This document shows, one piece after another, positions 12,001-24,557 of a DNA stretch of 64,000 bases; the first letter of the stretch is position 1; each line of letters begins with the position of its first letter. The position numbers were made by a program, and so were the translations under genes. Below the pieces are notes generated by a model. The model had not been told where the DNA came from and ran no database searches. It saw only the letters and a list, made by a program, of their open reading frames with translations. This DNA is from Balanoglossus misakiensis (lineage: Eukaryota > Animalia > Hemichordata), in the NCBI GenBank assembly GCA_040954595.2, contig CM082592.2, forward strand, positions 6,745,677 through 6,809,676, given 5' to 3'.

Positions 12001-13206
12001 AGTATAGACAAGATGATACCCAGTATCTTCTGGTGAACCGACGCAAATCCCGCATCACTCAAAAGTCGCAGCAGTTGACAAATCACCCAGGTACACAGTC
12101 CTGTGGATCGAAGGTGAAAAGAAACTGCTTACTAGATATTTCACTATAGCCAATGAGAATAATTAAGTGAAATATCCCATACTCTCTCTTTCAGTTCACC
12201 AGAGTAGTGGATCCTACACTCTCATACTCACCTTTACAAATGTGATACTCTGCATCTTGTGGCGGCAAAAAGTGTTTCGTCAGCTGCGACAGGGCCGGCG
12301 TGTCGTCGGACATTGGAGACGGTCCGCTGGCAAAGATCACTGGGAACTGAGTGGTGCATAGTGCAAGCAGTTCAATGATTACTGTGCAGTGTGGTGTACC
12401 GCCAGTACTGGAGGCTTTGGTGATCTCGCAGTACACTACAAGGCAAAAGAAAATCAATATATCGCTGATATTATCGCAGTAAAATCAAGCAAACTTAGTG
12501 AAATATCTTCATGCTTCTGCTGATACCACCAGATAAAACAATGAGTAATGTATATACACATACATGAGTGTACAAACCCTATTTCGATAGAAAATATGCC
12601 CATGTTTACTTTGATTGATATACCAGAAAAAACTCATTTTTACCTTTGTCAAGATCTATCAAGTGTTCATTGATAAATTTGCATAATATTTCTCTTGCAA
12701 TTTTGATATCAGACGACTGCCTCTGTTGTGTGCTGTAAAATAAAACATTTAACATAAAGGTTTTGGTTGAGAAATAACATTTATTTCTATACACTGTAAA
12801 TCAGTACAGACACAAAGCATATTTAAACTTTTTGAAAAAAAATACCTAACAAATATTTACTAATAATTATTTAGTGTAAAAGACTCAATTCTGTCCATGA
12901 CTGAGATGTGGCTACGTGTGTTTTCTTCACCGAATGGACATTGTAAAAAATTTAGTGACCCCCCTGTCGTGTGGTCAAAAACATGCCCCCCCCCCCTTGC
13001 AGTTCCAAGATGACACCCCCGCCCTAGATTTTGCCACCACCCACCCCGCCCCCAGGCCGTAAAAATGGAACGGTCCCTTGCTACCTTTCCAGATTCTTCA
13101 GCCTGCTGAATGCAGCATTGAGCTCCTTCAAGAGGACATTTGCAGACTTCGAACTGCTGCCTCCAGCAGCTCGGCTTGAGCTGGAACAGGAAGGCGACGA
13201 CGACAT
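78..13206 (-). CDS. ATR: Serine/threonine kinase ATR, N-terminal HEAT-repeat part (multi-exon; continues beyond the left window edge)
   Basis: ATG at 13206. GT-AG exons, phase-checked where given exactly: 13085-13206, 12644-12732, 12232-12435, 11930-12100, 11611-11720, 11294-11382, 11068-11182, ~10660-10790, ~10333-10499, ~10059-10210, ~9395-9627, ~9009-9150, 8506-~8812, 2681-2748, 2423-2510, ~2217-2309, ~1889-1992, ~1539-1637, ~1153-1395, ~776-907, 427-~589, 78-174. The peptides are colinear with vertebrate ATR as recalled: [31 protein letters not shown]...[58 protein letters not shown]...[32 protein letters not shown]...AAAYTE. Confidence 0.9.
3030..3123. repeat. Hairpin / MITE-like inverted repeat
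   Basis: Perfect 20-bp inverted repeat gtcaccccctggacatttcc (3043-3062) / ggaaatgtccagggggtgac (3092-3111), extended imperfectly by gggtatcagga / tcctataccc. It lies in the ATR intron. Confidence 0.7.
4121..7570 (+). CDS. Calpain (CysPc protease domain plus calpain domain III/CBSW, no penta-EF-hand), ~525 aa, nested antisense in an ATR intron
   Basis: Exons 4121-4207, 4354-4485, 4679-4810, 5059-5255, 5402-5570, 5784-5956, 6130-6207, 6400-6626, 6818-6954, 7131-7339, 7534-7570 sum to 1578 nt in frame. The catalytic triad motifs are intact ([19 protein letters not shown]). Also present: [33 protein letters not shown]...AGG...[15 protein letters not shown]...FLIRIF. Confidence 0.93.
12955..13079. 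repeat. C-rich interspersed repeat fragment (probable non-autonomous element end) in ATR intron 1
   Basis: Runs of C ending in ggccgtaaaaatggaacggtccct, compositionally distinct from the AT-rich intron. No matching second terminus was seen. Confidence 0.35.
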
Positions 13207-13395
13207 GTGCAGGCCTTCTAGTTCTACTTCTGTATTTCTAGTCCTCCTGGCGTTGAATTCCGTGCGTGTTCACCGACATTTCCTCGATTATTTCAATCAG
13301 TGAAACTAACCCTGTCAAACTGTGAAACTAACCCCCGTCAAACTGCCGATAATTCTGACATTTTGACAACTTTTTGCCCAACTTATCAGCGACGT

Positions 13396-13413
13396 TTTGA
13401 ATATAACCGCGCC
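13396..13413 (-). promoter_or_regulatory. Candidate E2F/CDE plus CHR-like element in the ATR promoter
   Basis: The minus strand reads GGCGCGG-ttata-TTCAAA about 190 nt upstream of the ATG. Motif match only. Confidence 0.3.
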
Positions 13414-14931
13414 ATATAAATAACATACGAGCGAAGTTGGTTTCAGATTCAGATTCAGACTCAACTTCACGTGACCTTTGTGACCCTTCCAGCTGAATCT
13501 AATTCTGACCTGGAACCAGGGTTGTGGCCAGAAATATTCAATGAAGAGAAGAAGAGAAGAAAAACTCAAACCACGGTCTGAGAGAAACATTTCCAAGGCT
13601 GATGTGGGGAAAAAACATCTCATATAATACAGGTGTCACCAGTAAATCCTTTAAATAAACATTTAATGAGTGTAGTTAACTATTGCACATTGTGCCCTGG
13701 GTACTAATATTGGGATTGTTTATCATGCGATGCACACATTTTCATTTCATTAAAAAGCTGACCTGAACAGTAAAGTCAACTTTCACGCAAGAAAGCAACA
13801 TGTGGCATATAAAACACACATCAAATGGTTGCATATTTCACGTGAACGTAAACACTTTGCTTTGATCGCCAGAGAGTGTAACCATGGGAACAGGCCACAT
13901 ATGTTGGTCACCTGGAAACAAGTTGCTCAGGCTGTTACACACGACAGGCCGTTTCGCCGGCCCTTCTTTTTCAAATTATAAATTGGGGGTAACACATAAC
14001 CATTAACCTGTGACCCTTGATTTTTTATCTTAAAAAATATATATAAACAGTTGCCTTGCTTGGAGGATTTTTAGCAGGATGCATTGTTTGATTATGTAGG
14101 CATGCCGTGGCAAAATACTGAACTATACGGTGTGTAAGTGCCAACTAAAATGCTACTATGAAAGTGTCGAACACTCTGTCATGAACATGTGTCGATCAAT
14201 ACCACAAGATGGAACCTCATTTTCATTGTTCAGTTTCATCGTATTTCTGACCTGTGTTGATCCGAGTAGGCACGGAGCCAGAAAATCCAAATCTTCTGTT
14301 ATTAGGGCCTATGTGCGAATTACGCGCGCATGAATACGGTAAATCCGTTGTCAGAAGTGCACCATATGTTATGAAAACACTTTTCTCTTAAAAATTGGTC
14401 ATTAATCGTCGCGTGTAAAGGTCAGAAAAACTGCCACGTCGTTTTCGACAAGATGGAAAGATGTACTGTGCGTTGTACGTCGTGGATTTACTGCCCTGGG
14501 AGTGAAATATTGGCGTTTTATTTATAATAAAGTAAATCTCAAAATACAAAGTTAGGTTTTTCCAGCAGTATGCTAATAACTCACTCACTCACAGTAAACA
14601 TTTGAGGAATGGAGAAATGTTTTTAAAAACTTTCAATGGTCGAAAAATGACGGTGAAGACGCTGATGTAACTGTTTTTATAGTTAAGATCAACGATAATG
14701 GTAACCACAGTCTCTCGCCACTACAGTACAAAACTTTCGCACAATCGAACCCTTTCTTTAAAATCTACTTGTAAACAAATCACATATATGTACATGTAAT
14801 AATTTAAACGGTAGGCCCTACTGCAACGATATTTCATTCACAATTTTGACATAATTGTGGAATCTTCTGAATTACTATTAAGTAAAATCCATGGTAGATA
14901 ATTATTCACATCATACCAAACTGTGTTCTTT

Positions 14932-17385
14932 TCATATAAGCCGGTATATATCCTTAGGTACGCCAGGAATGTCTCTCAGATAAAGGACTTCAGTTCCGAC
15001 CAGCTCCCGGCCAAAGCGGACGAAATCTGACCAGTTTGACTTTCCGCAGCTCAGGAATACCTCAGCGCCTGTTCAATAGACGAATAAATATATACTACTA
15101 TATATATACTACTCAACAACAGAATATTTCCCGTTGAAAATGCACATTTGCAAGTAAAATATACCCACCCGTACAGATTTCCTGTTCAACAAGTGAAAGT
15201 ACGTAATTGTCATCCCGGAGACGTTGAAACTTCTTTCTCGATGTGATGTCCTCGGCCGTGTATATATGGGGCACTACATCTCTGAGACAATTGACGAATG
15301 TCTGAGGGGAGAGAGAGATAGAGAGAGAGGGAGAGAGAGAAATAACACGAGAGAGAAATAACATGTGAACCGCGATGTTTAAGTATATTATACATGCACT
15401 ATTGCAAAGATGACGATGACTTGTGTAGGCTTCGAATTCTCGGGATAAACCTCTTTTACATTTTCATCGACTACCTAGCAAAACTCATCACTTCAGAGGT
15501 CATTTATTGATTTTTTTTCCCGGACAGAACCCATTCGGGAAACAATCACATACTTGTTGGCGTGGAGGGGCTGCCACGTAAACGCATTCAATCTGTCGGC
15601 TCTTCAAGAACTGGCTAACCGCCCTTGCGGCACCCGGACTCGCATCAGATAGCATATGGAGGTTGCTGAATATTTTTTCCGTGCTAAGTATTAGCGAATT
15701 AAACTCACACCTGCAAAGGACAAAAATCACGTTGAGTGCATGTCATTATTGATATTTACAACCTCAGTTTCTGACCCGTTAAAATGTAAATGCAGACGGT
15801 TCTCAGAAAAATGTCAAACCTTTGCTATGTTAACTATTTTTTATATAAAAAGGGTTACTAATTTAAGAGTCTGTTACGCACGATTCTCCAGTTCTGTTTC
15901 TCCAGTGAATGGCAACGTAAGGTTTTCCAGCGCATATTTCTGACCGTGCAACATCGCCCATTTTCCTGACATACTCCGCCCTCAGCAAATACCGATCCAC
16001 CAGTTTCAGGACCTGTTCTTCGTTCTCAATCATGAGGTCTTTTATCTGAAGGGGTCCGTGAATAGCGAGGCAGCGGACGTCTTCCGACGCCTTCATCTGC
16101 CTGACAACTTCTGATTTGTTCCCGCGGCTGTTTCTCGTGTCGGGCAGTTCGATTCCCCACAGATCTTTGAAGTCCGCCCGGGTTCTCTCGTACTGTTTTC
16201 TGTGGTACTTTTTCATGAGCGTCTTCATACCGGAGAGCGGGAACTGCACCAGGGAGTCTACGGTACTCCCGCAGTCCCTCTTGAACGTTTCCGGGGTAGC
16301 CACGGGGACGACCTCGCTCAGTCTGTCGATATCGAACGTCTCCGCGAAAGACCTCCATCCCAGGGCCCAGCCTTGCACGTGGTGGTTGTGGAACGGGATG
16401 GCGACGATGGTCCTGTTGTGGGCGAGGGCGTAGGCCACCAGCCGGCGAAAGCTCAGGTAGTTCCAGTTGGGCCCGCCTTCCCAGAACTGGACGGGGAACA
16501 GATAACGGCGAGACGTTCGCCGTGCCGCCTCTGCGGAGTATTCCTCGGAGTTCACCGAACTTCGCTTCGAATCTGTCGCACCGGTCGTTACCGAGGTGCC
16601 ATTCTGTAGAGAGATTAATATTGCGTCGGAGGTTTTCCAATTTCGCCTGTCTCCAGGCAACCATTTCTATGTTTGTTGAAGCTGAAACAATCATTAAAAA
16701 CAGCGATTGTACCATATCTGCAATCACCGACACCAAATGAAAAGTTTGTGTTAGTAACTGCGACAAGTTTTTACTTCCACCTGTCGAAGTGAGATATTCA
16801 TGGCACTTTTCAATAAAATAAAGCAGGATACTAACAGATTTGGTGTTCGAAAAGTTAAGCCATCTCGACCGAAACAGGCGTCACTTTACGCAATTTCCAT
16901 AGGCTAGACATTTTTATGCTTGTATGATGGTGTATTACATTCTAGCGGGGTTGTAACTTTTAACTGTCATAATACTAAGCTGTATATACGTAATTGGTAA
17001 TATAACTGTACAATGCGACGCCACTATTAAGAGTGTAGCTATATAAACCTGGCCATATTTTTCACAATAATGATAACAAATGTTACACAAGGTAATTCAC
17101 TAATGAGATTATCATTTTGAAAGTAATTACCTCTGACGGGTACCAATCGCTCATTTCCACCATAAACACGTCGGTGTCTGAATTTACGACCAGCGTCCTT
17201 CCTCGTCCCTCGCCCGTCGGAGATGCTTCGTCACCCGTGCCAACAACGCTCGGCATCGCCCGGTCACCTTGCACCCGCTCCGTGCCGGGCCTCCAATTCA
17301 ACAAATGTCGGTGCACCATTAACAGTTGCGACAGAGTGAGCGAGGCGACAAGTCCCATTATCAGGGCAGCGCGCCGTTTCATCAT
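14932..17385 (-). CDS. O-fucosyltransferase-family (O-FucT/POFUT-like, GT-B) type II membrane glycosyltransferase, ~467 aa
   Basis: Exons 17131-17385, 15882-16603, 15554-15710, 15169-15301, 14932-15068 (1404 nt, in frame). N-terminal KRR followed by a hydrophobic anchor. Motifs: GGPNWNYLSFRRLVAYALAHNRTIVAIPF, PYVAIHWRN, VYVA, SLVEQEIC..AEVFLSCGKSNWSDFV...R. Confidence 0.82.
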
Positions 17386-18495
17386 TTCTTCTGTGCGGGT
17401 TGGGCATGTGGCGCAAGTTTCGTGAACACGTACCCCATCCCACGGATGCAAAGTCTGGTGACACTCGCTTCATTCAGATTGGGAAGTGCAACCCTGCCGG
17501 GGGTGGCCGCGTAGTAATTGTCACAGAGTGCCAAGAAGAAAACACTTATCGGGCTCATAACATGAAAAGAATTATTAATTGCTCAACCAACTATATAGGA
17601 ACCCTTTCGGAGAGTAAGGTTGTTGGAAGCAAAGCGCCGATTTAAATCGCACATTTGTTGGAAAGAGTTTTCAAACATCACCGAGACATGTACACATCTC
17701 TCCTGATATAATATTACAACCCGGATTATTCGTTTGCACGGTATAACTTGTACCAGACAGTCAGTTTAATCAGTTTGCGAGTCTGATAAAAAGCAATAAA
17801 TCTGAATTAGTGTTGCTGTGGCAACGTGGGGGATTATACCTGCATGAATGGTTTTGGTTGATATTATGGCCATTTTTCATGCCTTGTCAGAAAAACCCGC
17901 ACATGCCGATTTGTCTAACAACGTATTGACGCACAATGCGATATGTATTCAAATGAAATCGAAGCAGGGATATTAGGAGAGATATGGGATCGAGTTCTCT
18001 CTCATTCCAACCCCCTCTTTTTAATCCCCTATCTTTCGAGCAAATTTGACAATCACGTCCGTAAGCAATCGAGCTACTCGAGTATCCATGATATGGTCCG
18101 CATCAAAATGGTCGTATAGCGCGAAACCGTGATGAATCACGAAAACTTGAACGCAATTGCTGGAGGAAATCCGATTGTCCGCTTGAAGGATTTATTTGAG
18201 CCAAAAGCCAACGACAACGTTTCACAATGACATTGTCGCAACAGAGGATGATACCCATTGTCACTATACACATGCATGTAGGTATCAATCATCAACGCAT
18301 TTCAGTGAGCAGTACTAACATGTCGTACTCTACACTTATTGCATGTCATGCAAGTACGATGGATGGAATGAATGATGGATGGATGGATGGATGGACGGAT
18401 GTTTGTCTTGTGTATCAAATGAACATTCGTTTTCGATTCTCTGCACCAGTACGCAAGTGAAACAGCGCCATCGATGGCATCATGACCAAATTACT

Positions 18496-18583
18496 AGTCT
18501 GGTCCCTGCCCAATGTCTACCGCATTACATGTACTTTTAGCATAGCGCAGCCATGCGGTAGAAATGGGGCAGGGGACCAGACT
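18496..18583. repeat. Hairpin / MITE-like inverted repeat
   Basis: agtctggtccctgcccaatgtctaccgcat (18496-18525) pairs nearly perfectly with atgcggtagaaatggggcaggggaccagact (18553-18583), with a 27-nt spacer. Confidence 0.7.
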
Positions 18584-20225
18584 GGAATTTCATCTCGGTA
18601 ATCAACGACGCCACCTATCTCTACGGCCACCGTGGCCGATTTTAATCAAATTTCTCGGTAATGTGATTGGCCGCAATCTGTCACGGAGGGTATTTTTAGA
18701 ACTGGTGGCAAGTGCTATGTGGTCACTGCCTGGTGACCATCATTGGTTGCCAGCCACTGACCGCTGTCGCGTGTTGTTTGTTTCCTGTACGAGGCAACGG
18801 GCGGCCAAAAATAACACAGGACCTGTTGCACGCGATATTCGCTCTGGAAATGTAATCTGTTTGTGAAACTACATGGAAATGTAAATATCCAAACAGACTG
18901 ACACGCTTTCCGGCGGCGTCGTTCTCTGATGTCTGCTGTTCTGATAACCTGAATTTGCGACACATGGTGGTACTAACAGTGTATTAGCCTATATTCAGTT
19001 TCATCTTACACACAGACAGCTCAAATATTTTCTTAATTTAGTTATTTTACTTGCGAGACGACTGTGAGATGCTTGGCTGCAGAAACGTTCTAAATCAACA
19101 GGTGGTAGAGATGTAAGTTTACTGATACTTTCTTGAATATATGTATATAAAAAAGAAAAATACAGCACTACCTCGACGTTCATTGTTTATTTAATGACGA
19201 CATCAGAGTACAAATTATGAAACTACAGATAGCAACCTCGCAAGGTATGACTTATTTGATATTGTAATTAGTGATATATTTCCGAAATTACTGCACCTAA
19301 TTTGGAGGCATCGTCAGTTCATAACTGGTTTTGTAAAGGGATGTAACTGTGCTTTTAATCTAGAGCAACCGACATGTGTACGTGCGGAACTCGCAACACG
19401 AGAGTCGGAAGCAGTCTCTAAAATAAACATTACTGACAGGACTTACGATCTGACGTATTTTTTTCAACACAGAAAGAGAGTTAAACTACATTATGATAAT
19501 AGGCAGGCTAATAGCCTAGCAGGCTAACCTGGTTAACAGGTGTTGCATGTGCAAAGTATTCTACCTTGGGGCGAATGAATCACGTGACCTATATGTGGCG
19601 TTTCTGAAATTCTGGTGTTCCCCACTGAGGAGGTCAATTTTAGTGCATTTATTGCACAGGCCAACATGGTGATATGGTCATCAAAAGTTACACCTACTGT
19701 CCCTTTCTTATACAACATGAATTAGTCAAAAACTCAAAACACTGGTTGGGTGGGATGGGGTGGGGTGGGGTGGTGTGGTGTGTTGTGTTGTGTGGCGTGG
19801 CGTGTTGAGGTGTTCCAACATGGATTAACTGTCCTGGGGCACAAAATTCTGGATGATACAATTTTTTCAAACTTTTGTTGGGTCACTTTCTCCATTACTA
19901 CATCTTGTAAGTAATGCGCTGAAATAGAACTCGATCGTACAGTGACTCTGACCTGTTGATAACCTTTCAGCGTGGGTGAGACGGAGTGGTGGAGATTGCA
20001 GAATTCATTAGTTTTTTGTGTGGAATGGTGTTAATTCTGTTTTATTAAGTGTAACAGTTGCTCGGGGCAAATGTGACCATCTTCGTGCATACAGATGAGA
20101 CATCTGCGCCCAGTAGAAAGTGTTTAAATGCAGACTGGGGATGAAAAGTTTTTCCAGAGTTCCCTCGCCGTCCTCCACCAGACGAACTTCTCTCTCTCCG
20201 ACACCAGCAAGTCGACTTTGTCAGC

Positions 20226-22179
20226 ATGAACACGAACCAGCTACTGCTTTGTCTTGGCGTTCTGCTCGTCGCCAGCATCGGTGCTACTTCAGCAAACGTA
20301 AGAATATCTGCAGCCTATAATAATATTAATGGTTTAATTTCTGTCTCTATGTTTATTATTGCACCTTGAAACTTGCTTTTGTTCCGCCTACTGTATCTGT
20401 ATACTATAAATTACCGCTCTCTCTCTCTCTCCATCTTTCTCTCTGTAGCCGATGCACACCAGATCTAAAGACAGCTTGCATCTGCCGGATTTAGAGCGAA
20501 AAGCACTACCTGGTAAGTTGACTAGCTGAGTCGGTTGTCGATAAAATTGCCCTACAATTATATTCAGTTTCTCGTATGGTGAAAAAAGTCAGCTTCCACA
20601 CTTCAAATTCCATTCGAGAAATTTAAAAACTGCTCACAAGAATCGGTCGGCTTTTCTCCAACAGATCAGTCCTCTGCAAACTGCACAGTGATTCGGGTTT
20701 ACGACGGGCAAGTGTTCATGAGATTTTGCCTTGTGCGCATCAAGTTCTGCTTGATAACCGTGTTGGACGCGAATGGCAAGTCGCTGTGTATGTGGACGGC
20801 TTACTTCGATCCCAACCGCGTGTACTGCCGGGATGTCGCCATTAGAGCGTTCCATAGAGGGACGCCGTATACAATAAGAGTTACTTGCTATGACATCAGG
20901 GGGAACGAGATTGGAGAAGAAAATAAAAACATAACGACTAGTAAGTAAAGTATAATGATTTGCTTCCGATGAAATCACTGATATTAGAACTGTACTTGGG
21001 CCCCGTGCTTTATATTGGCCCAATGCCCCTCAAAAGCGGTTCATCTGTTCTGTTTCTAGGTGACTAACCGTAGAGGAGCATGTACGAACGAACACAGTGT
21101 TTTTTTCTTCGTTTCCACAGCCGATAACTGGTGTCCATTTGGATGCGTGTTTGGTGAACCACACTTCAGAACCTATGACGTTTTCAGATACTCCTACCAA
21201 GGTGCCGCTGGGTGTAGAGTCACTTTGACCAAAGAATGCGTTGCCCAGAACCCCACATTCAACATAGAAGGACTGTTACAAACATCTCCGCTGAGTACAC
21301 CCACCAACGCGCTGACTAGGGTATCAACTGTCTACATCGAAGTGTACGGCGTCGTCATTACTCTATCGAGGGGAAGGATAATTACTGTACGTATTGTATT
21401 ATTCATGATTTATTCATGCACGTACGTTCACTTATTTTGTTCCATTTACAAACTACTACTGAGAATTCGATAGGACTATTTCATAACTGTACTTTTCATT
21501 TTTCTTTACAATATCGATATTGCACCTTTTCAGGTAAACGGCGTTGATATTCCTTTACTCTCCCTGCCCCACTATCCACACCCGGACATTTCAATCTTGG
21601 ACACCGTAACTTTCTCCAACGAAGTCGGCGACGAATTTGACTGGACCATCCATGTACTCATCGAGGGAATCGGTGTAGTGGAGTTCAACGGCAGGTTCAG
21701 AGTGTACGTGTGGCTGACCGAGGACACTTGGGTCAACAACACCAGAGTATGCGGAATGTTTGGCACGCCAGACCAGCCCTTCAATACAGCTAATGACTTC
21801 CTGTTGTCAGACTTGACCACGTACTTAACCCCCAGCGCAGCCACTGCAGATCCCTTTGGAGATAGTTGGAATAGGTAAATAATTTAAGTTTCGCCTTTAG
21901 CTGGAAAAATATGTTGCTGTTTTTTTTTTTTTTAAGTGCTTGACGTAAGAAAGGGAAATTTGGCTTTCTAGTTATGGTAACCATACCAAAACATTGCATA
22001 TCATTAAGAAATCGATGTATTGGGCCCTGATTGGCTATTGGATTTCCTATAAACCTGATCCCCAATAAAACGTCGTCGTGTTGGAAATACAAATCAAAGG
22101 CCTACGTACTAGACAGTCCAACAATGCTATACATTGACTCTTGCATGCTTTTATTTTCAGCTGTTTGGGAGGCCCATAG
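20226..22179 (+). CDS. Secreted von Willebrand factor D (VWD) domain protein with a preceding possible FN3-like module, ~345 aa
   Basis: Exons 20226-20297, 20449-20512, 20665-20940, 21121-21386, 21534-21874, 22161-22179 (1038 nt, in frame). Signal peptide MNTNQLLLCLGVLLVASIGA. VWD motifs CVFGEPHFRTYD...YSYQG..C, ITVNGV, VCGMFG, NDFLLSD, FGDSW. Confidence 0.82.
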
Positions 22180-22478
22180 GTTTCTATGGAGCTGCGGCCG
22201 CGCAGAAGTCGACGGGGAACAACTTCTTCCCGTGATATAATATAAATTCTGCGCATATACCAGTACATTCTTCAATGATTTTGGTTTAGGGAGTATTCCA
22301 AGTCATGATCAAAACCAACAAACCCCGTGGATATTGTCGGTAGACATTTTTGAGGGAAATAACGGTATTGGGTTTACTTGAGTTTTAAAATGTTGTTGAA
22401 GAAATTAAAGGCTGTGGGAAAACTTAACAATTTGTTTGAGTGGTCACTGTATCATATATACCGAAACTTCATCCGTTC

Positions 22479-22636
22479 ATGAATGAATGAATGAATGAAT
22501 GAATGAATGAATGAATGAATGAATGAATGAATGAATGAATGAATGAATGAATGAATGAATGAATGAATGAATGAATGAATGAATGAATGAATGAATGGAT
22601 AGGTGGACGGATGGATGGATGGTTGAATAGATGGAT
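22479..22636. repeat. (TGAA)n microsatellite grading into (TGGA)n
   Basis: About 29 perfect atga/gaat units followed by degenerate ggat units. Confidence 0.97.
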
Positions 22637-24210
22637 ACATCTATAATACAGTACGGTAACTGACCTGGTGAGATTGACAGACCAAATGAATCTGCATATT
22701 GCAAATGCTGTACCTGTTGTTTGTCCTCGACTACGTGGCACCAGCAATGAGGTGATCCAGATCTCGTTGTCACCATTTCTACGCCAGTTTCTAGGCTACC
22801 CGTGTTCAGAACATGAATCCATGCCAATGTACTACAACCATGAGCAGTCTATAAAAGTCTATCCATCCAGTGTAGTTGCCTGTTATGTAGCCACCACCGG
22901 GTCGAGCTGTCGACGTCGCCACAAAAAGCCGTCAGTTGAAATCTAGACATTTCACGTCAACTTCTTACGCCCGTGCACCGACCTCTGATGTCACGCGTGC
23001 GCACTCTTCAAAGCAAGTGGGTCGTCTGCCAGATGGCAATCGTCAATTCATTGGTTGCCTGAACTTGTTTCGTTTTGCATGTCTATCACATGTACATGTG
23101 GTATACGTGTACATCACGGATCGCAGTTGGAACATAGCAAGTGGTTTGTTTGTTTTCTGTACAACGGACAACACACTCCAGTTCCTGGAGTTTCCTAGTC
23201 TACCACCTTGTCAAATGTGTTTGCGGAGAGGGCATGGACTATTGGAGAGGGTATCTTCAAGAAACACGTTGAGATGTTGTTTCCTTTGTCGCTGTATTTA
23301 TTTATTATTTACACCACAACGTGTTTACACTGACATCTAACAGCCCAAGCCCAATAACTGGATTACACTATGATTAAACAATACACGGTCACGAATACAT
23401 GTATATACAGAATGTACAAACCATCACTTTCACTTTCCTTGGGGCGCTACGATATGTATTTACCTCGCGCATCTTTTCAAAACAACAAAGTAATCACAAC
23501 ATGCATGCATAGTGCGCATGCAGCAATTATAATAGTCGACAGCTGGAAGCTGTCTCGATCAAACATTTGAAACCAGGTTAAAAATCTCGACAGCTATTCC
23601 GAGTTAAAAAATCTAAAAGGCCCGCGATATATGTTTGTGTGTTGTTAGTTTCCTCAATCCCGACCCTCTAACTTTATCATTTTTTTATTCTATGTAGTCG
23701 CCTCCTTCGTTTATTTGACTCTACTTTTGTGAATTGGTGATTTGAGAAACTCGACCAATCGAAACTAAATCATAGCATAAGTGTGAAATTGTACTTTTAG
23801 GAGAGAGTACTCACAGAGCTACTAGTGACTATTCCATTATGATAGAGGGCGCACATTCATTTATTTTCTGGAACTTGGGTGGCTTGTGTATAGTAAACAG
23901 CTGGTCAAAAATCTTCAGTCTGCTTCTAGCCAGTGTGTTCGTTCGTATTCTCAATACTGCATTGTTTCCCGTTACCATAGAAACTTTTGTAAATGCGGAT
24001 TGTACAGGTGCGTAATCATTAATTCAGACCCCCATACATATGCAAAACCCTGTACCACTACTTCTCGACTGCATCATGGCAGGGAAACTTCTGTACTTCT
24101 ACTACTGGAGAGACCTTGCTGCAGTTTTGTAGCCCCACAACTCCCCTTGCAGATTTTTGTTTATATTCCGAGAAAAATCTGTATATGCAAGTTAGTGTGT
24201 CTACCAGCCA

Positions 24211-24337
24211 ATCATCATCATCGTCGTCATCACTATCATAATCATCATCGTCATCACTATCATCATCATAATCATCATCATCATCACTATCATCATCGAA
24301 ATGACGACAGCAACAATGACGATGATTATGATGATAA
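24211..24337. repeat. Degenerate (CAT)n / (GAT)n microsatellite
   Basis: A catcat-type run (24211-24298) followed by gac/gat units. Confidence 0.9.
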
Positions 24338-24557
24338 TTAATTAACCTGTATAATGTTATCAAAGTTTCTTCACAATACCCAGATTTGCCCCAAGTCGTT
24401 GCCTTTATGTCATACAAAAAAAATAGCTTGAAAAGAAACTTTCTCGACATTTTGTGAAACAATATTCTTTTTTTTTTTTATTTCAGGTATGTTCTAAATG
24501 TAGGGGGTCCAAACAATAACTTGTTGCGGCGGCTCAAACCGTGACCTTTAAACCACC

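Noticed and set aside
8483-13206. A separate unknown gene on the minus strand
   Set aside because: Its peptides match the ATR N-terminus and splice in phase to the exons left of the calpain.
16026-16766. 246-aa alternative-frame ORF and antisense ORFs over the O-FucT exon
   Set aside because: These are shadow ORFs of a GC-rich coding exon with no recognisable motifs. The same applies to shadows over 38000-38450, 43578-44050 and 61700-62480.
22452-22827. ORFs with IHSF repeats
   Set aside because: They are translations of the (TGAA)n microsatellite, with no splice or domain support.
23886-24462. His-rich and Asp-rich ORFs
   Set aside because: They are products of the CAT/GAT microsatellite upstream of the PKDCC coding exon.
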